Below are positions 41,441-54,400 of a stretch of 64,000 nucleotides of DNA, piece after piece. The translations under genes were made by a program, and so were the position numbers. Source of the DNA: Ylistrum balloti (Eukaryota). The DNA lies in the NCBI RefSeq assembly GCF_031769215.1, contig NW_026781904.1:372001-436000 (forward strand), written 5' to 3'. The first letter of the stretch is position 1; every line of letters begins with the position of its first letter. The notes below the pieces were generated by a model. That model did not search any database, was not told where the DNA came from, and saw only the letters and a program-made list of their open reading frames with translations.

Positions 41441-42640
41441 GTGATTGTAGTGTAAAGTATGAGTAGACACACAGAAGATTAAGTGTGTTGGTGATTGTAG
41501 TGTTAGGTATGAGTAGACACACAGAAGATTAAGTGTGTTGGTGATTGTAGTGTTAGGTATGAGTAGACACACAGTAGATAAAGTGTGTTGGTGATTGTAG
41601 TGTTAGGTATGGGTAGACACACAGAAGATAAATGTGTCTGTGATTGTAGTGTTAGGTATGGGTAGACACACAGTAGATAAATGTGTCTGTGATTGTAGTG
41701 TTAGGTATGAGTAGACACACAGAAGATTAAGTGTGTTGGTGATTGTAGTGTTAGGTATGAGTAGACACACAGTAGATAAAGTGTGTTGGTGATTGTAGTG
41801 TTAGGTATGGGTAGACACACAGAAGATAAATGTGTCTGTGATTGTAGTGTTAGGTATGAGTAGACACACAGTAGCTAAAGTGTGTTGGTGATTGTAGTGT
41901 TAGGTATGAGTAGACACACAGTAGATAAATGTGTCTGTGATTGTAGTGTTAGGTATGAGTAGACACACAGTAGATAAAGTGTGTTGGTGATTGTAGTGTT
42001 AGGTATGAGTAGACACACAGTAGATAAATGTGTCTGTGATTGTAGTGTTAGGTATGAGTAGACACACAGTAGATAAAGTGTGTCTGTGATTGTAGTGTTA
42101 GGTATGAGTAGACACACAGTAGATAAAGTGTGTCTGTGATTGTAGTGTTAGGTATGAGTAGACACACAGTAGATAAAGTGTGTCTGTGATTGTAGTGTTA
42201 GGTATGAGTAGACACACAGTAGATTAAGTGTGTTGGTGATTGTAGTGTTAGGTATGAGTAGACACACAGTAGATAAAGTGTGTTGGTGATTGTAGTGTTA
42301 GGTATGGGTAGACACACAGAAGATAAATGTGTCTGTGATTGTAGTGTTAGGTATGGGTAGACACACAGTAGATAAATGTGTCTGTGATTGTAGTGTTAGG
42401 TATGAGTAGACACACAGAAGATAAATGTGTCTGTGATTGTAGTGTTAGGTATGAGTAGACACACAGTAGATAAAGTGTGGTGGTGATTGTAGTGTTAGGT
42501 ATGAGTAGACACACAGTAGCTAAAGTGTGTTGGTGATTGTAGTGTTAGGTATGAGTAGACACACAGTAGATTCAGTGTGTCTATGATTGTAGTGTTAGGT
42601 ATGAGTAGACACAGAGTAGATAAAATGTGTGTCTGTGATT
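41441..42640. repeat. 49-50-bp minisatellite, about 24 highly similar copies
   Basis: Unit gtgattgtagtgttaggtatgagtagacacacagtagataaagtgtgttg, with variants ending tgttg or gtct. Confidence 0.97.
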
Positions 42641-43507
42641 CTTTAATACTTGGTTAAATTTCCAAGATCAAAGAGATTTTGTAGTATTTATATGTGAAGT
42701 CTTATTATCAAAAAACAAAAAGAATAATGTAAAATTTCACAAAAAATTCAAATTATTGGTAAAAATTTAGTAAAAATTTACAGTTTCTTGAATATGCAAT
42801 GTTTATACAGGTTTTTGTTAAAATATTTTAACAGTTCAAACGAACCTCCTGAGTACCATACATAGGAAGTGATAATACTACATACACTAAATCTATAATG
42901 AGTTCAGCGCCATAATAGTGAAAGGTAGGATGAAGGATAATGGAGTCGCTATAATATGGGAAATTAAGCAGTCGGATATGGACTAAAGGTGATTTATGTT
43001 TAATTGGCCCACACAGGTAGAAATAAATAGGTCCATACAGTTAAGGAGAAAAACTGAACTGTAAATCAATTGTGTTTTCATAGAGAAAATTACTCTATTC
43101 TGAAGTCTGTATTCAATTCCAGTATTAATGACATTTTAATTTGTGTCTATTATAAATTCTCTTCCTGAACTTTGACATATTTTCTGAATGGACAATCTAA
43201 GATATACATATGATTTCTTTATTGATATCTGTGTAAACAAGTTTAAAGCAATGTGAAATAAAGTGTTTAATGGGTAAATTTTATATTAATATTTATATGA
43301 AATATTTCTATTAAATTTCATAAAGATGGATTGCAGCATATACAGAAATTTTATAATGTGATTTTTGTAATTAAACTTTGATATTGCAGTAAAAAATAAG
43401 AAAACATGAAAAGATATAAAAAGGGATTTACACATAAATGTAATGAAATGCATACAAAGAATTTCTTGGGCAACAGTTATTAGATTGATCATGCTATTTC
43501 CATTCAT

Positions 43508-43858
43508 TGATCTGTCTCTCTTTGTCTTTTGGACATAATAATAAAGACTGTAAAATTAAGCCTGTCCAAAGGTTTGGCACAAGCCATATTTATGATAAGC
43601 AATTCTGACTCAAATTCATGGGGTGGGCTTATTACAGGACAATGTAACATCATTTATTGGTACATAAATGACAATAGGTCTGTTGATCTATCTCACTTTG
43701 GTTTTTGGACATAATAATAAAGACTATGAAATTAAGTCTGTCTTAAGGTGCAACACAAGCCATATTTATGACAAACATTTCTGACTCAAATTCAGAGGAT
43801 GGGCTTATTACAGGACAATGTTACATCATTTATTAGTACATAAATACCAATAGGTTTG
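43508..43858. repeat. 176-bp tandem dimer
   Basis: ggacataataataaagact at 43531 and 43707. Both units contain tgggcttattacaggacaatg. Confidence 0.9.
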
Positions 43859-45936
43859 GATGGGAGTATTACCAGGCATGGGATTATTGCAGAATAAATA
43901 TGGGCTTTACATACCTTAATCCTAAAGCCTCAGATGTCTATAATATCATCTTTGTTTCAAAGTATTTGTTGTAAACAGCAATGTACATAGAATTTACAGA
44001 GGTGGACTTAAATTTACCAGTCCTAGAATTTTGCTCAAATTATATAATAAATATTGGTGGATTTTAGATGTTGTAACACTCTTGGTTTTCAGATTATTCT
44101 GTATCACAGTTAGTCATGCAGTGTATGTGCTCCTAAAAGTGTATGACCTCTAAGTTTTCGTCCAATCATATTCAAGGAAGTGTTGCCATGTGATATTTTA
44201 TGAAGATTCACAGTCACTTTAATATATATGTAACAGTTTACTTTCTCAACTTTACACAGGGGTTTTAATTAATAGCTCATGCACCTGTTAAAAATTTGTT
44301 ATTAATCAGAAGGTGTGGTAACGGTGTTACCAGCTGGTCTTTACTTATATAGAGGAGCCAGATGTCGCTATCAAACCATCTGTCTACTCTGTCTATCATA
44401 ATTTTTTACCACAAAAATTGTTCGCCTTGTCATTTTAAACTCTTCTGATTCTAAACCTGGCACAACTGGTCAATTTCTAGATGAGTATGTTGTGAATGTG
44501 ATCTATCAATGTTTCAAAATTTTGGCAAAATTTTGAACCAGATACATCGTGTGATTCTACTGTGCCAATTTAGTCGCCATATATTCATGTCTGTATCGTT
44601 CAATTTTAAAATCATGCTACATTCCCACTCCACACTCACACAGAGAAGAAAAAATAAGCATAATACAGGATTTCATAACTAGTTAATGCAATGTAAACTG
44701 TTATTACATTGTAAAATATCACTTTGTCACTAAGAAATACTGGTCTACCATTTTATTCAAATTTATTTGAAAAAATAATTAGATTTTACTGTTTGATTTC
44801 TATTTGCAATCATAAAGATTGAATTAAGTGGTAGTTTTGTTAATTGTGCACTTTTGATTAAAAAATTCAAAACATTTCAGTTCTGATTAATTTCATATGA
44901 ATGAGTCATGGATGTGATTTTGGTGAAAGCTGTGAGATCCATTGGGTTCAGTTCGGTTATAAGTTTGTTTGTATCAGAGTTGTACTAGTAAATGCAGTAC
45001 AATGTGTAGACATAAACTCGAAAGCAACTTGCCTCTAGATGGAATCTGAGATTTCAAATATCAAAATTAATTATTGGTGAAAATTTACATCTCAACTAGT
45101 CTACATTGGGAAAAAATTAATGTCAATTAATGAATAACCATAGTTGTCCTGTAATAAGCCCAGTGTGCCAAAATTTAAAGACAGAGGATTGACTTATACA
45201 GGACAATTATATAGATTTGGTTCATAATTTCCCAGACCAGCAAATGTATACGGTATAGGTGGGCTTCATATTATGCATAGCTTTATTGCTGAATAATTAT
45301 GGTATGTCGTTTAATCTGACAATGTTCTCACTTTGGACTTCTACAGGTCTATAAACTATGAGGTTTCTCAAATTACACAGAGGGGAGGTGTGGTATAAAG
45401 TTTTCCCCTTTTGAATGGATCATTGGTAACTGAATAAATGTTGTTTTTGTTTAAACTGACAGCAATTTGAAAGACGTTATTATCCTGCAGAAACAAAAAC
45501 TTGGCCTCTCCGAAACAAAAGCTGACTCTTCAGCAGAAAGGCCTGACAGAGCATGGATTCCAGTGTAAACCTGTTCCCCATCCCGAACCAGTGAACCACC
45601 TGTATAATGTCGACTTTTCCTTTCTGTGTCTGTAATTTGAGTATATTCACTGGTAACATATACCTAGCACAGGTGTTGTCCTCACAGATTTTACAAACAT
45701 CATTTGGTAATTTACGCGACACCATTGACACGCGAGGAGTTGGATGGTTGTTAGTCCAGTGACAGGGAATTGTGGGGCATCAACGTGTCCTAATGAGGCA
45801 GTAGGCTTCATTTTGTATGGAGGGATCAGTTAACACCAAATAAGGAGGGGGGGGGTGGGTGGGGGGGATGTGTGGCTGATTTTCAACATGCTTTCATTTT
45901 CAGAGTAAATTGCAGCTCTTACATGGACCAATATGA

Positions 45937-46068
45937 GAAAACTGCAAGATAACGAAGTGTTCAGTTTTATTGAATTAGAATGTTTTGTGTTATAGACAGG
46001 GATCAGAATGCTTCATATTAAATGGGGTCGTTATGTTGTAGAGTTTAAGATAACAAAGTTTGACTGTA
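45937..46068. mobile_element. Right-hand fragment of the same mariner-type MITE family
   Basis: cttcatattaaatggggtc...gagtttaagataacaaagtttgactgta aligns with cttcgaattaaacggggtc...gagtttgagataacgaagttc of the 21852 copy. The left TIR was not found. Confidence 0.65.
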
Positions 46069-48324
46069 CTAGAATTAATGGTATAAGATTTGTTATGATC
46101 TTGTCAAAGTTGAGAAGGAGTTACTGAAGTTTTTGTGGACGATTAAGCTTATTGAGATATTGTTGCCTTAAGGACAATACAACAACAAAGACATTTAAGT
46201 GATTTGAAATAAACTGTAGATGATTATTGTACGTAGTGTATAATTATTCCTGGTGGTGAAGATTTACAAACTCTGAAATCTGGAATGTCAAGGAATCTTT
46301 AACCAAGTGTATCTGTTAACATGAAAATAAGCTTTGGACCAAGTAATCATTTTAGCGATTTTAGATTTATGAACCCTAAAGATCTTTGACTAATGGGTAG
46401 TTTCTGGGACTCTCAGCAGGAAGAAAGACAATCAGTTAACGAGAATTATAGGGTAATAAGTTGTTCACTGTCAGGTAGGTCAATACAGGTAAGGAGTTTG
46501 TAAGGGACATTGTGTCCACTAAAGGTGTGGACAAACCCTGTAATTGTACAAGACTTCACACTTGATCAGTAGTCATATGGTGGATAGTTGGGCAGAAACT
46601 CGTGACAATGCTACCGTATTTATCTGAACACTTGGGAGATGGAGACCGTCTCTCTATATCAGCCCAGTTAAATGGTGCAGAAACAACTTCAAGTCTATCT
46701 GTGAGATCTGAAATATGGACGACTTGGACAGAGTAATTATACACATAAGGACGTCGAGTAGCCGATGTCATTATAAAATCGAAACGCTCACTCACCATGC
46801 TGGTTTAAACGCATACTGGAGATTTTTTTTTATGCATGCTGGAGATTTTTTTTACAAGTCTCGAGGGTATTTATCTGATCATCGGAATAAACACTGAAAA
46901 ACAGATCAGAAGTCTTTTGAATTTTAAACCTATACAAATGTGATTTGTTTTATGACTTCCAGTATAATTTTACTAATTTTTTGCTTACCACCATCTCTGT
47001 TGTTTTAAATGTTTTGGCCAAAAATAATTCTCATGCCGCACATTTTTTGTCACGCATTGCATGAAAAAGCGGCATAAATTGCTTGGTAAACAGATTTTAT
47101 CCTGAATCATCAAAAACTGCAATCGAGTAGAGGGATAAGGATATATAATACTCTATTAAAATCTTGGCCAAAACTTTGATAATAAAATTTTATATACGCA
47201 TCTTCCTTTGGATCTAATGCTGGGAAGTGTTTTTACTGCTTTTTGATTTAAAGTTTTTAGATATACATAAAATTAAATTTTAACATTCTTAAATAAATAT
47301 AAACATTTATTTACAGGTTTGCCTCCAACTTATTTAGTTTGTACTATCAGTTGCCATTTCTTTACCATATATATCCAGTTATCAGCTCATTCTTCAGCTG
47401 TTTTAGTCGAGTAACTAAAAAAAGATATATCACGATCCTGTAATAAGCCCACCTTGTGACTTTGAATTGCAGAAAATATTTTCAGCCCCTGGGTTTGTTT
47501 TAGTTTAAGTACGTTACCCGTTTTATTTGATAACCAATTTGTTACCTTCTTCACCACAGGAGTCAAATTCCCAAGCCATCTGTCTATAGCACCAATCATA
47601 TTTCATTATCAATTTTTGTTTGTTTTTGGACACAATTTTGGCAAGTTATTTACCGCTTCATTTGAAATACGACGAGATGAATTTTTACCTTTTATTTATT
47701 GTTTCGAACTTAGACATAATGTCTTCAGCTATAAGTGGTCAAGTACATGTTTTTTGTTAAAACTTTAAAAGAAAATTATTTTTAATTTTCTTTCATTGGC
47801 AAAATTTTAAAAATTTAAACACCATTTTGGCATTTTGATTTAATAGAAATTGTGATAACAAGATTTTTAACAACCAAATATAGGTCCTTATAACTGGCTT
47901 TTCTATCTCATAAATCATACATGTGTTATAATATTTTGGCTGGATTCTTCAAGCACTATAAATAATATATTACTGCATATTTGTAGACATGGCATGTTTA
48001 TCATGTAATTCAATTTTGAAAAAATTGTAAATTATTTGTGCTACTGTTGTTAAAGTACACCTGAGAAAGAACACTCCCGAGACTTGCAGATTCAAGTACT
48101 TGCACATGTAGAAAAAGATTGCAAATAAAGAATTTTTCAATGTATTTCATTATATTTATGTTATACTGAATTATAAAAAATTGACATGCTTTTTTTACAA
48201 GTACATGTACAAACAGCAATCAACCACCAGCTGACTCAAATATTTTACATCTGTGCTTAATTTTAGAAATGTGATTCTATCAATGCACTACAGAAACTAG
48301 GGTTATGTTCATTTAGAGCTTGGA

Positions 48325-48590
48325 ATTTTTGAGTTGACTCAAACTATTCTACTCTCTGAATTTAAGGTTAATTTTTTAGTTGACTCAAACATATATACAA
48401 AATGTGAGTTTTCCTTTGATTTTTAAACTGATTCAAACTTACAGGTATAAGTACATTTTGAGTTTGGGACTAAATTTTGAGTTGACTCAAGTACGTTTTC
48501 ACTTTGAGGTGCAGGATATTTTTCGAATTGGCTCAAATACATGTACATATTGATTTTGGGAATAATTTTTTAGTTGACTCAGACATATGT
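48325..48590. repeat. Degenerate repeat with recurring (g)agttgactca(a/g)
   Basis: agttgactca recurs four times, with TGACTCA starting at 48335, 48381, 48483 and 48575, plus decayed variants. Confidence 0.7.
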
Positions 48591-49589
48591 ATGCTTTTAA
48601 CTTGGGGTTAAAGTTTGACTTGACACCAATATAACAGAAAGTCTGGGGTCAATTATCATTAAAAAGATATTTTTACATTTATAACAATAAACATTCCATC
48701 AAGTTTATGTTTGCTTTTATACTACATGAAAAAATAATTGAAATTGCCTTGTACCTCCCAGGAAGTTTCTTTAAAACACAAATTATAAAGTGTTTCTGCA
48801 GAGTGTAAACATTAAACTTGAACAAACTCATGAATATTGCCCTTAATTAACGCAGAAAGTCATCCTAGATACCTGTAAATGATATTTTTCTTATGATGAG
48901 TTATTACAGCATATAAGATGACAAATTTCAGCCATGAGCAGACAACATTGCATGACAGTAGACTTAGCATCCCTTAATGGGCTATTATCATGGAAGTACA
49001 CTGTATATTGTTTCATCGTGTTTAGAGGAGAAGATCTGCCTTTAAAAGGTGCATTTGCAATATATCAACTGTGCGAGGGGTTAAGATAAAGTTTTCTGCA
49101 CCTGTGTGTGACCTTTATCATGTAGGATTGCAGAGACAGCTCCGGGTGTGGCCTATCCAGAGTTTATATTTCACCTGTTCGAGTCTCGTTTTACCTTTAA
49201 TTAATGAGATTCTAAGGTCATTATAGCTGTTAGTAGTTAGATTAGTGTATCATGCTTCAGAAAGTTTCTTAAAATTTTTTTTTTAGATTAGTTATTGGCT
49301 CTATAAATATCTTATGAATATTCATTAAATGTTATAAATGTTATTAAGCAATTGTTGTTTTAATTTAGATAAAAATCAGACTAAACCCGACAATAATGAA
49401 ATTATGAATTTCAAAGCCATCATCAAACCATTAATTTGTGCTGATTTTGGAATATTTATTTCATTAGAGGTCAGCATTTTGGACAGTTTTTAATCCTTCG
49501 GGGTTTGAAACTGGTGTCCGATGAGTTAGATCAGAAACATAAAATACTCCATCAGTATGTTGCATAACTTCAACGTTTTATGTTTTCAG

Positions 49590-49694
49590 GACAATGTAAC
49601 CAGGGATCCTGTTTTAATGGTGGACGGTGTCGAGGAGGGTACAGTCAAATGTGTACTTGTCCAAGTGGATTTCAAGGTCCTCGATGTCAATATG
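49590..49694 (+). CDS. MEGF6: Internal coding exon of a MEGF6-like gene, first EGF-like domain (phase 1 to phase 1)
   Basis: Acceptor ttttatgttttcag|GA and donor G|gtgagt. Translates QCNQGSCFNGGRCRGGYSQMCTCPSGFQGPRCQY with six EGF cysteines. A|GA joins the 13355 exon to give CMFRQC, the same spacing as CLSAEC in MEGF6, and CxCPxGFQGPRCQY matches MEGF6 as I recall it. Confidence 0.9.
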
Positions 49695-50229
49695 GTGAGT
49701 ACTTTGTGGTCAGTTCTGTACAAGTCTCAGTTTTCTGAAGTGTTAACTTCCGAGAGAGACAGTGTTTTTCTCTGGATATCTTTGTAATTTTGATGTTATG
49801 CAATATATATTTTTTACAACCAATCACATTGCAACAATTTCTATAGATCTGTCAAGGATAGATTTATCGAAAATTGAAGCTTTCAGCCTTAAATTTATAT
49901 TATTATGATCCTACCTTAACTCCAGTAAGATTTAAGTAAAAACCAAATGAGATATATGAAAAGCCACCTGCTAAGCTTAGCGTGTGTCTTATCTCCAGAC
50001 ACCCTTCAGTCCCTACAGACTCTGCTGTCAGGAAGTTATCACTCGGCCACACTGCCCTGTATATAACACTTGTTGATATATTTAAAGGGGCAGCTTCTGT
50101 ATGGCAGTGTTACTTATGACCTACATATAGGGTCCCACAGGTAAATGCATACATATGACTCAATCTGTTTATAAAGAAAAAGATTAAACGTATCGCAGAC
50201 ACAACAAACTTACCTTATCAAATGGCTAT

Positions 50230-51420
50230 AGATGGGGGACGAGAGGAAATGGGGGATGATGGGGGAGGGAAATATATCTTAGGGGTTCTTGGGGCTGTGG
50301 ATGACTGGCATTGGCAGAGTTGTATCTAGGGGAAGAGAGGGGAGGACTCCCCAATATATCTAAGGGCTGCGGAGGTGATGAGAAGGTATGATTGGGATGT
50401 ATCTAGGGGCTTTAGGGGCTGTATATGAGTTGAGAATGGATAATTGGATGTATCTAGGGGCTTTAGGGGCTGTGGATAGGGGAGGAGAGGGCATATATAC
50501 CAAAATAAATGTGACAAAGTAGTATCTATTGGCTAATAATGTGAGGTAGAGGGGATAATTGAGATATATCTAGGGGACTTTAGCGGCTGTAGATGAGATG
50601 AGAGGGGATGATTGAGATGTATTTGGGGGCTTAAGGGGCATGAGATGAGAGGGGATAATTGAGATGTATTTGGGGGCTTTAGCGGCTGTAGATGAGATGA
50701 GAGGGGATGATTGAGATGTATTTGGGGGCTTTAGCGGCTGTAGATGAGATGAGAGGGGATGATTGAGATGTATTTGGGGGCTTTAGGGGCAGTAGATGAG
50801 ATGAGAGGGGATAATTGAGATGTATTTGGAGGCTTTAGGGGCTGTAGATAAGATGAGAGGGGATAATTGGATGTATCTAGGGATTCAGGGGCTGTGGATG
50901 AGATAAGACAAGATAATTGAGATGTATTTAGGAGTTGTAGGTAAGAAGAGAGAGACTTTATATCTAAGGGCTCTAGATGGGAGAGGATAATAACTGCAGT
51001 TTGTCTAGTGGCTTGGTTTGGGGAAGAGAGGAGGTGACTGAGTTGTATCTTGGGGCTGTGAATAGGTGAGAAAAGGGGAATTACTGACTTTTATCTCGGG
51101 GCTGTGAATGAGAGAGAAAAGGGGAAATACTGACATATCTTGGGGCTGTAGATGGGAGAGGAGAGGTGAATTACTGACTTATATCTAGGGGCTGTAGATG
51201 GGACAGGAGAGGGGAATTACTGACTTATATCTAGGGGCTGTAGATGGGAGAGGAGAGGGGAATTACTGACTTATATAGGTGCTGGGAATTTGAGTGGAGA
51301 GAGCAATGACTAGGGAATTGAGGAAAGAGTCAGGACTAAGTTGTGTTTAGGGGGCTGCGTTAGGGAAGCACATGAAGATTTAGAGAATTATATCTTGGTG
51401 ATGTGGAGCAGGAGGAAAGG
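50230..51420. repeat. Purine/G-rich minisatellite domain (52-bp and 45-46-bp related units)
   Basis: About 8 copies of ttgagatgtatttgggggctttagcggctgtagatgagatgagaggggatga (50550-50950), then about 5 copies of ttactgacttatatctaggggctgtagatgggagaggagaggggaa. Confidence 0.9.
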
Positions 51421-54400
51421 GATAGGAGAGGACAATTCTATTTTTTCACAAGGCTGTAAACAAGAGGGGTGGTTCTCAAGTTACGAATATCTATAATCAA
51501 TTTATGTGATTAAATCAATATAATAGCTGCTATCAACACATCTCGCAGGAATTTTAATCAGAATCTTGTCAATACAGAAGTCAATGTTGATCCTGAATGC
51601 TGGTGATATGAAGATGACTTAAATGGTTTACTGAATCTATTAGGAAGGTTTTATGTCTGTGAAATGTTATCACTCAATACTTTGTTAACTTTTTTTATAT
51701 AACAGAAGAGTTTTTTTACATGAAATGAAGGAATCGTTTCTTATCTTGTTTACCAATTGAGTTGATCTAGGTTTGATAGATATACCTGCGGGCAAAATCT
51801 TGTAATATAGTTCAATTTCCACCATGTCCTTGCAATTTCAAATTGGTTCAGAAGTGAAAAAACATTAGAAGTTGTAAGATAATTTGAATACAATACCCAC
51901 ATCTTGGCTGTATTTTATTTTACCTCTTACAAGATTATGATAAGGAAGAAAAAAGTGGACGTTTTTTAACTTATAAATTTTTTTTTTTTTTTTGCGAATT
52001 GTAATTGATTTATTTAAACCAGATATTTTTCTTTGGTTGTTTTGGGTGGAAAATGAAGAAATTGATTTTTATAGTGAAGTCACAATTCTCACTCCTGTGC
52101 AGCTGTCTGCATTCAGCGATAATAGACATGCTCATCATTTTAAAATCTTTTTATTATATGTTAGATTTTTTCATTCTTATTTAGTGTATTTGTAATATTT
52201 CTTCTACTAAATATGCTTACTATTCTGGATCACCTGGTCTAAATTATCTTGCATTTTTTCGTTGTCTTTGTGTAAATCTTTCATTTGTTCACAAGTTGCC
52301 TTAGGTTCATTGAATTTGAGTTTGAATCATGATTATGCTCTTATCTTGATATTTTCTTGTTGTTTTTTGTAAATTTCATTTTATGGGTTATATTCAATAA
52401 ACAGATTACACGATATCACTGTCATCATGTACATAGATATCGTCTTGTCTTGGAACCTTTTCAACAAGATCTTAGAGAAATATATCATTCCTATCAATAT
52501 AAAATCTTTATTGTTGCATATTTGTAATTACATGAAATACAGGGCTTAAATTTATCAGCATAATGATGTATGTAGTGCATATCTCTATTGGATAGAAACA
52601 AATTTAGTTGGGTTTTTGTTACAGATGTGGCATTGTAATAAGAAGCATGCCAAAATGAACTCCTGGACGAAAATACCATTATAGTGAAGTGAACTGATCT
52701 TAATTTCACCATTATGATGAAATTAACCCCCACCCCAACCCCGCACGTTGTAAATTAAAGCCACATTAATTCTTGTTTTCAATTAATTTTTCATTGCTTT
52801 TTTGTTACTTCGCATATTATCAATAAAAAAACATAAGGGTAGGGCTTCACTTCATCATACTACGTCAGGCATGGAGTTATTGACGGAAATACTTATATAT
52901 AGTGTGTAGTGTTGTAGGATGTTTCTTCAGTCACAATAAAATATTCTCTATATATTTCAATGTAAGGTTGTTTCATGTTGCTAAATTTTACTGGTAAGAT
53001 GGAGATGATATTGTGTAGAAAATTTCGTGTAAATCAAATAAAAAAGATAGATAATGATGAAGATAAACCACATTTCTCTGTGTCGTGTTATTTACATAAT
53101 ATATTCTGCTAGACTACAGAATCATTATTACTCTATTGTACACATAAAACCTCGGGGTGTGATGGATTGGCGGATCGTGTTAGGAGTAACGGATTTCCAA
53201 TATCCTTACCATATAAACAGTCCATTTGGAAATGATGATGAATATTATATTTGCGATCTTGTCGTGATCACATTATGCTGTCTTGAGGGAATGGCTTCGT
53301 GTACAGAATAAGAGATGTCATACATCATACACTGATTGTCACTTTGGTAATTTATAGAAAAACTATTAATTTTACATAAGTATTACTGTCTAGTCTGCTC
53401 TACAATATAAACATGTCTGACGTTAATTAAGTCCTTAGATTATAAGAAGATATGAAACATGAGTTTTTTTTAAGAATTAGTAATCTTTCTCATTAGTTTG
53501 TGGTGATTTACTGTGAAGAATAGTATTTCACTATGCAGTGCCTTTCACATGGTACGGGTATCTCAACCTGAGGGAAAAGATTTTTAGGTTGCAACACTAA
53601 AGGCTTGAAGAGCTTCTTTATCTCATCAGCAAAGGGGTGATTGATTAAATTTTGTACTCTTCTGGCCTTCTGATACGTTGTAAGGTGATCATTATCATCC
53701 CAATGCCTTCAATTGTTGATCTAAAATTTGTAAAAATTTTTGATGTGACATTATTGAATTGTTGTAACTTCATATGATTGTCATGACAGGGGAATCCCCC
53801 ATTCTCCACTCGAGGGCATTGACACTTAGAAAATTTCACACCTGAAATAGCATAGATTATTAAACCAGTTTAGATACCGAAAATTAAAAATAAAGAGTTA
53901 TATATATCTTTTGTATAAATTATTGAAGCTAATTTCCATAAAATCAACGTTGCAATGTGAGTCTTTATATCTCATTACTAACATATATGTGTTAGTTGTT
54001 TGTTAGTCAGCCACACTGACTGATAAAGATATAAAAATTGTCAGTTAGATACTAAATGAACTGACCAATTAAATAACAAGTGACCGACATTTTCAGTTCA
54101 TCATTCTGTGTGTGGAAAGATGAGAAGTTCTGATCACTACTATAGATCTGAAATATAGGATAAAGTTTTTTATTTAACATCCAGTATCAAATTCAACCAC
54201 GTCGTCTCAACTCCTACTCAAAACTTTTAGGGAGATAATGTATTTCCTGTGATTGTCTTCTGTCTTACCTAGAGTTCTTGGTCTTGTAAGATATATAGAA
54301 AACTGCGGTCGATGACATTACAAATTGTGAGATATCAAATTTGTATGGTGAAGATCTATTTTCCACGTCACCTGATATTCACAGCACATTTGTTTCAGTA

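Larger units (their letters stand above)
13356..49589 (+). other. MEGF6: 36,234-bp phase-1 GT-AG intron of the MEGF6-like gene
   Basis: Bounded by gtaagt and ttttcag. Phases are compatible and the junction peptide aligns without a gap to the remembered homologue, so no extra constitutive exon is needed. Confidence 0.8.

Noticed and set aside
41351-42117. Repetitive ORFs (MCLLIPNTTIT...) and CRISPR-like appearance of the 50-bp arrays (also 10511)
   Set aside because: The ORFs are translations of the minisatellite. The units are contiguous with no unique spacers, there are no cas genes, and the context is eukaryotic.
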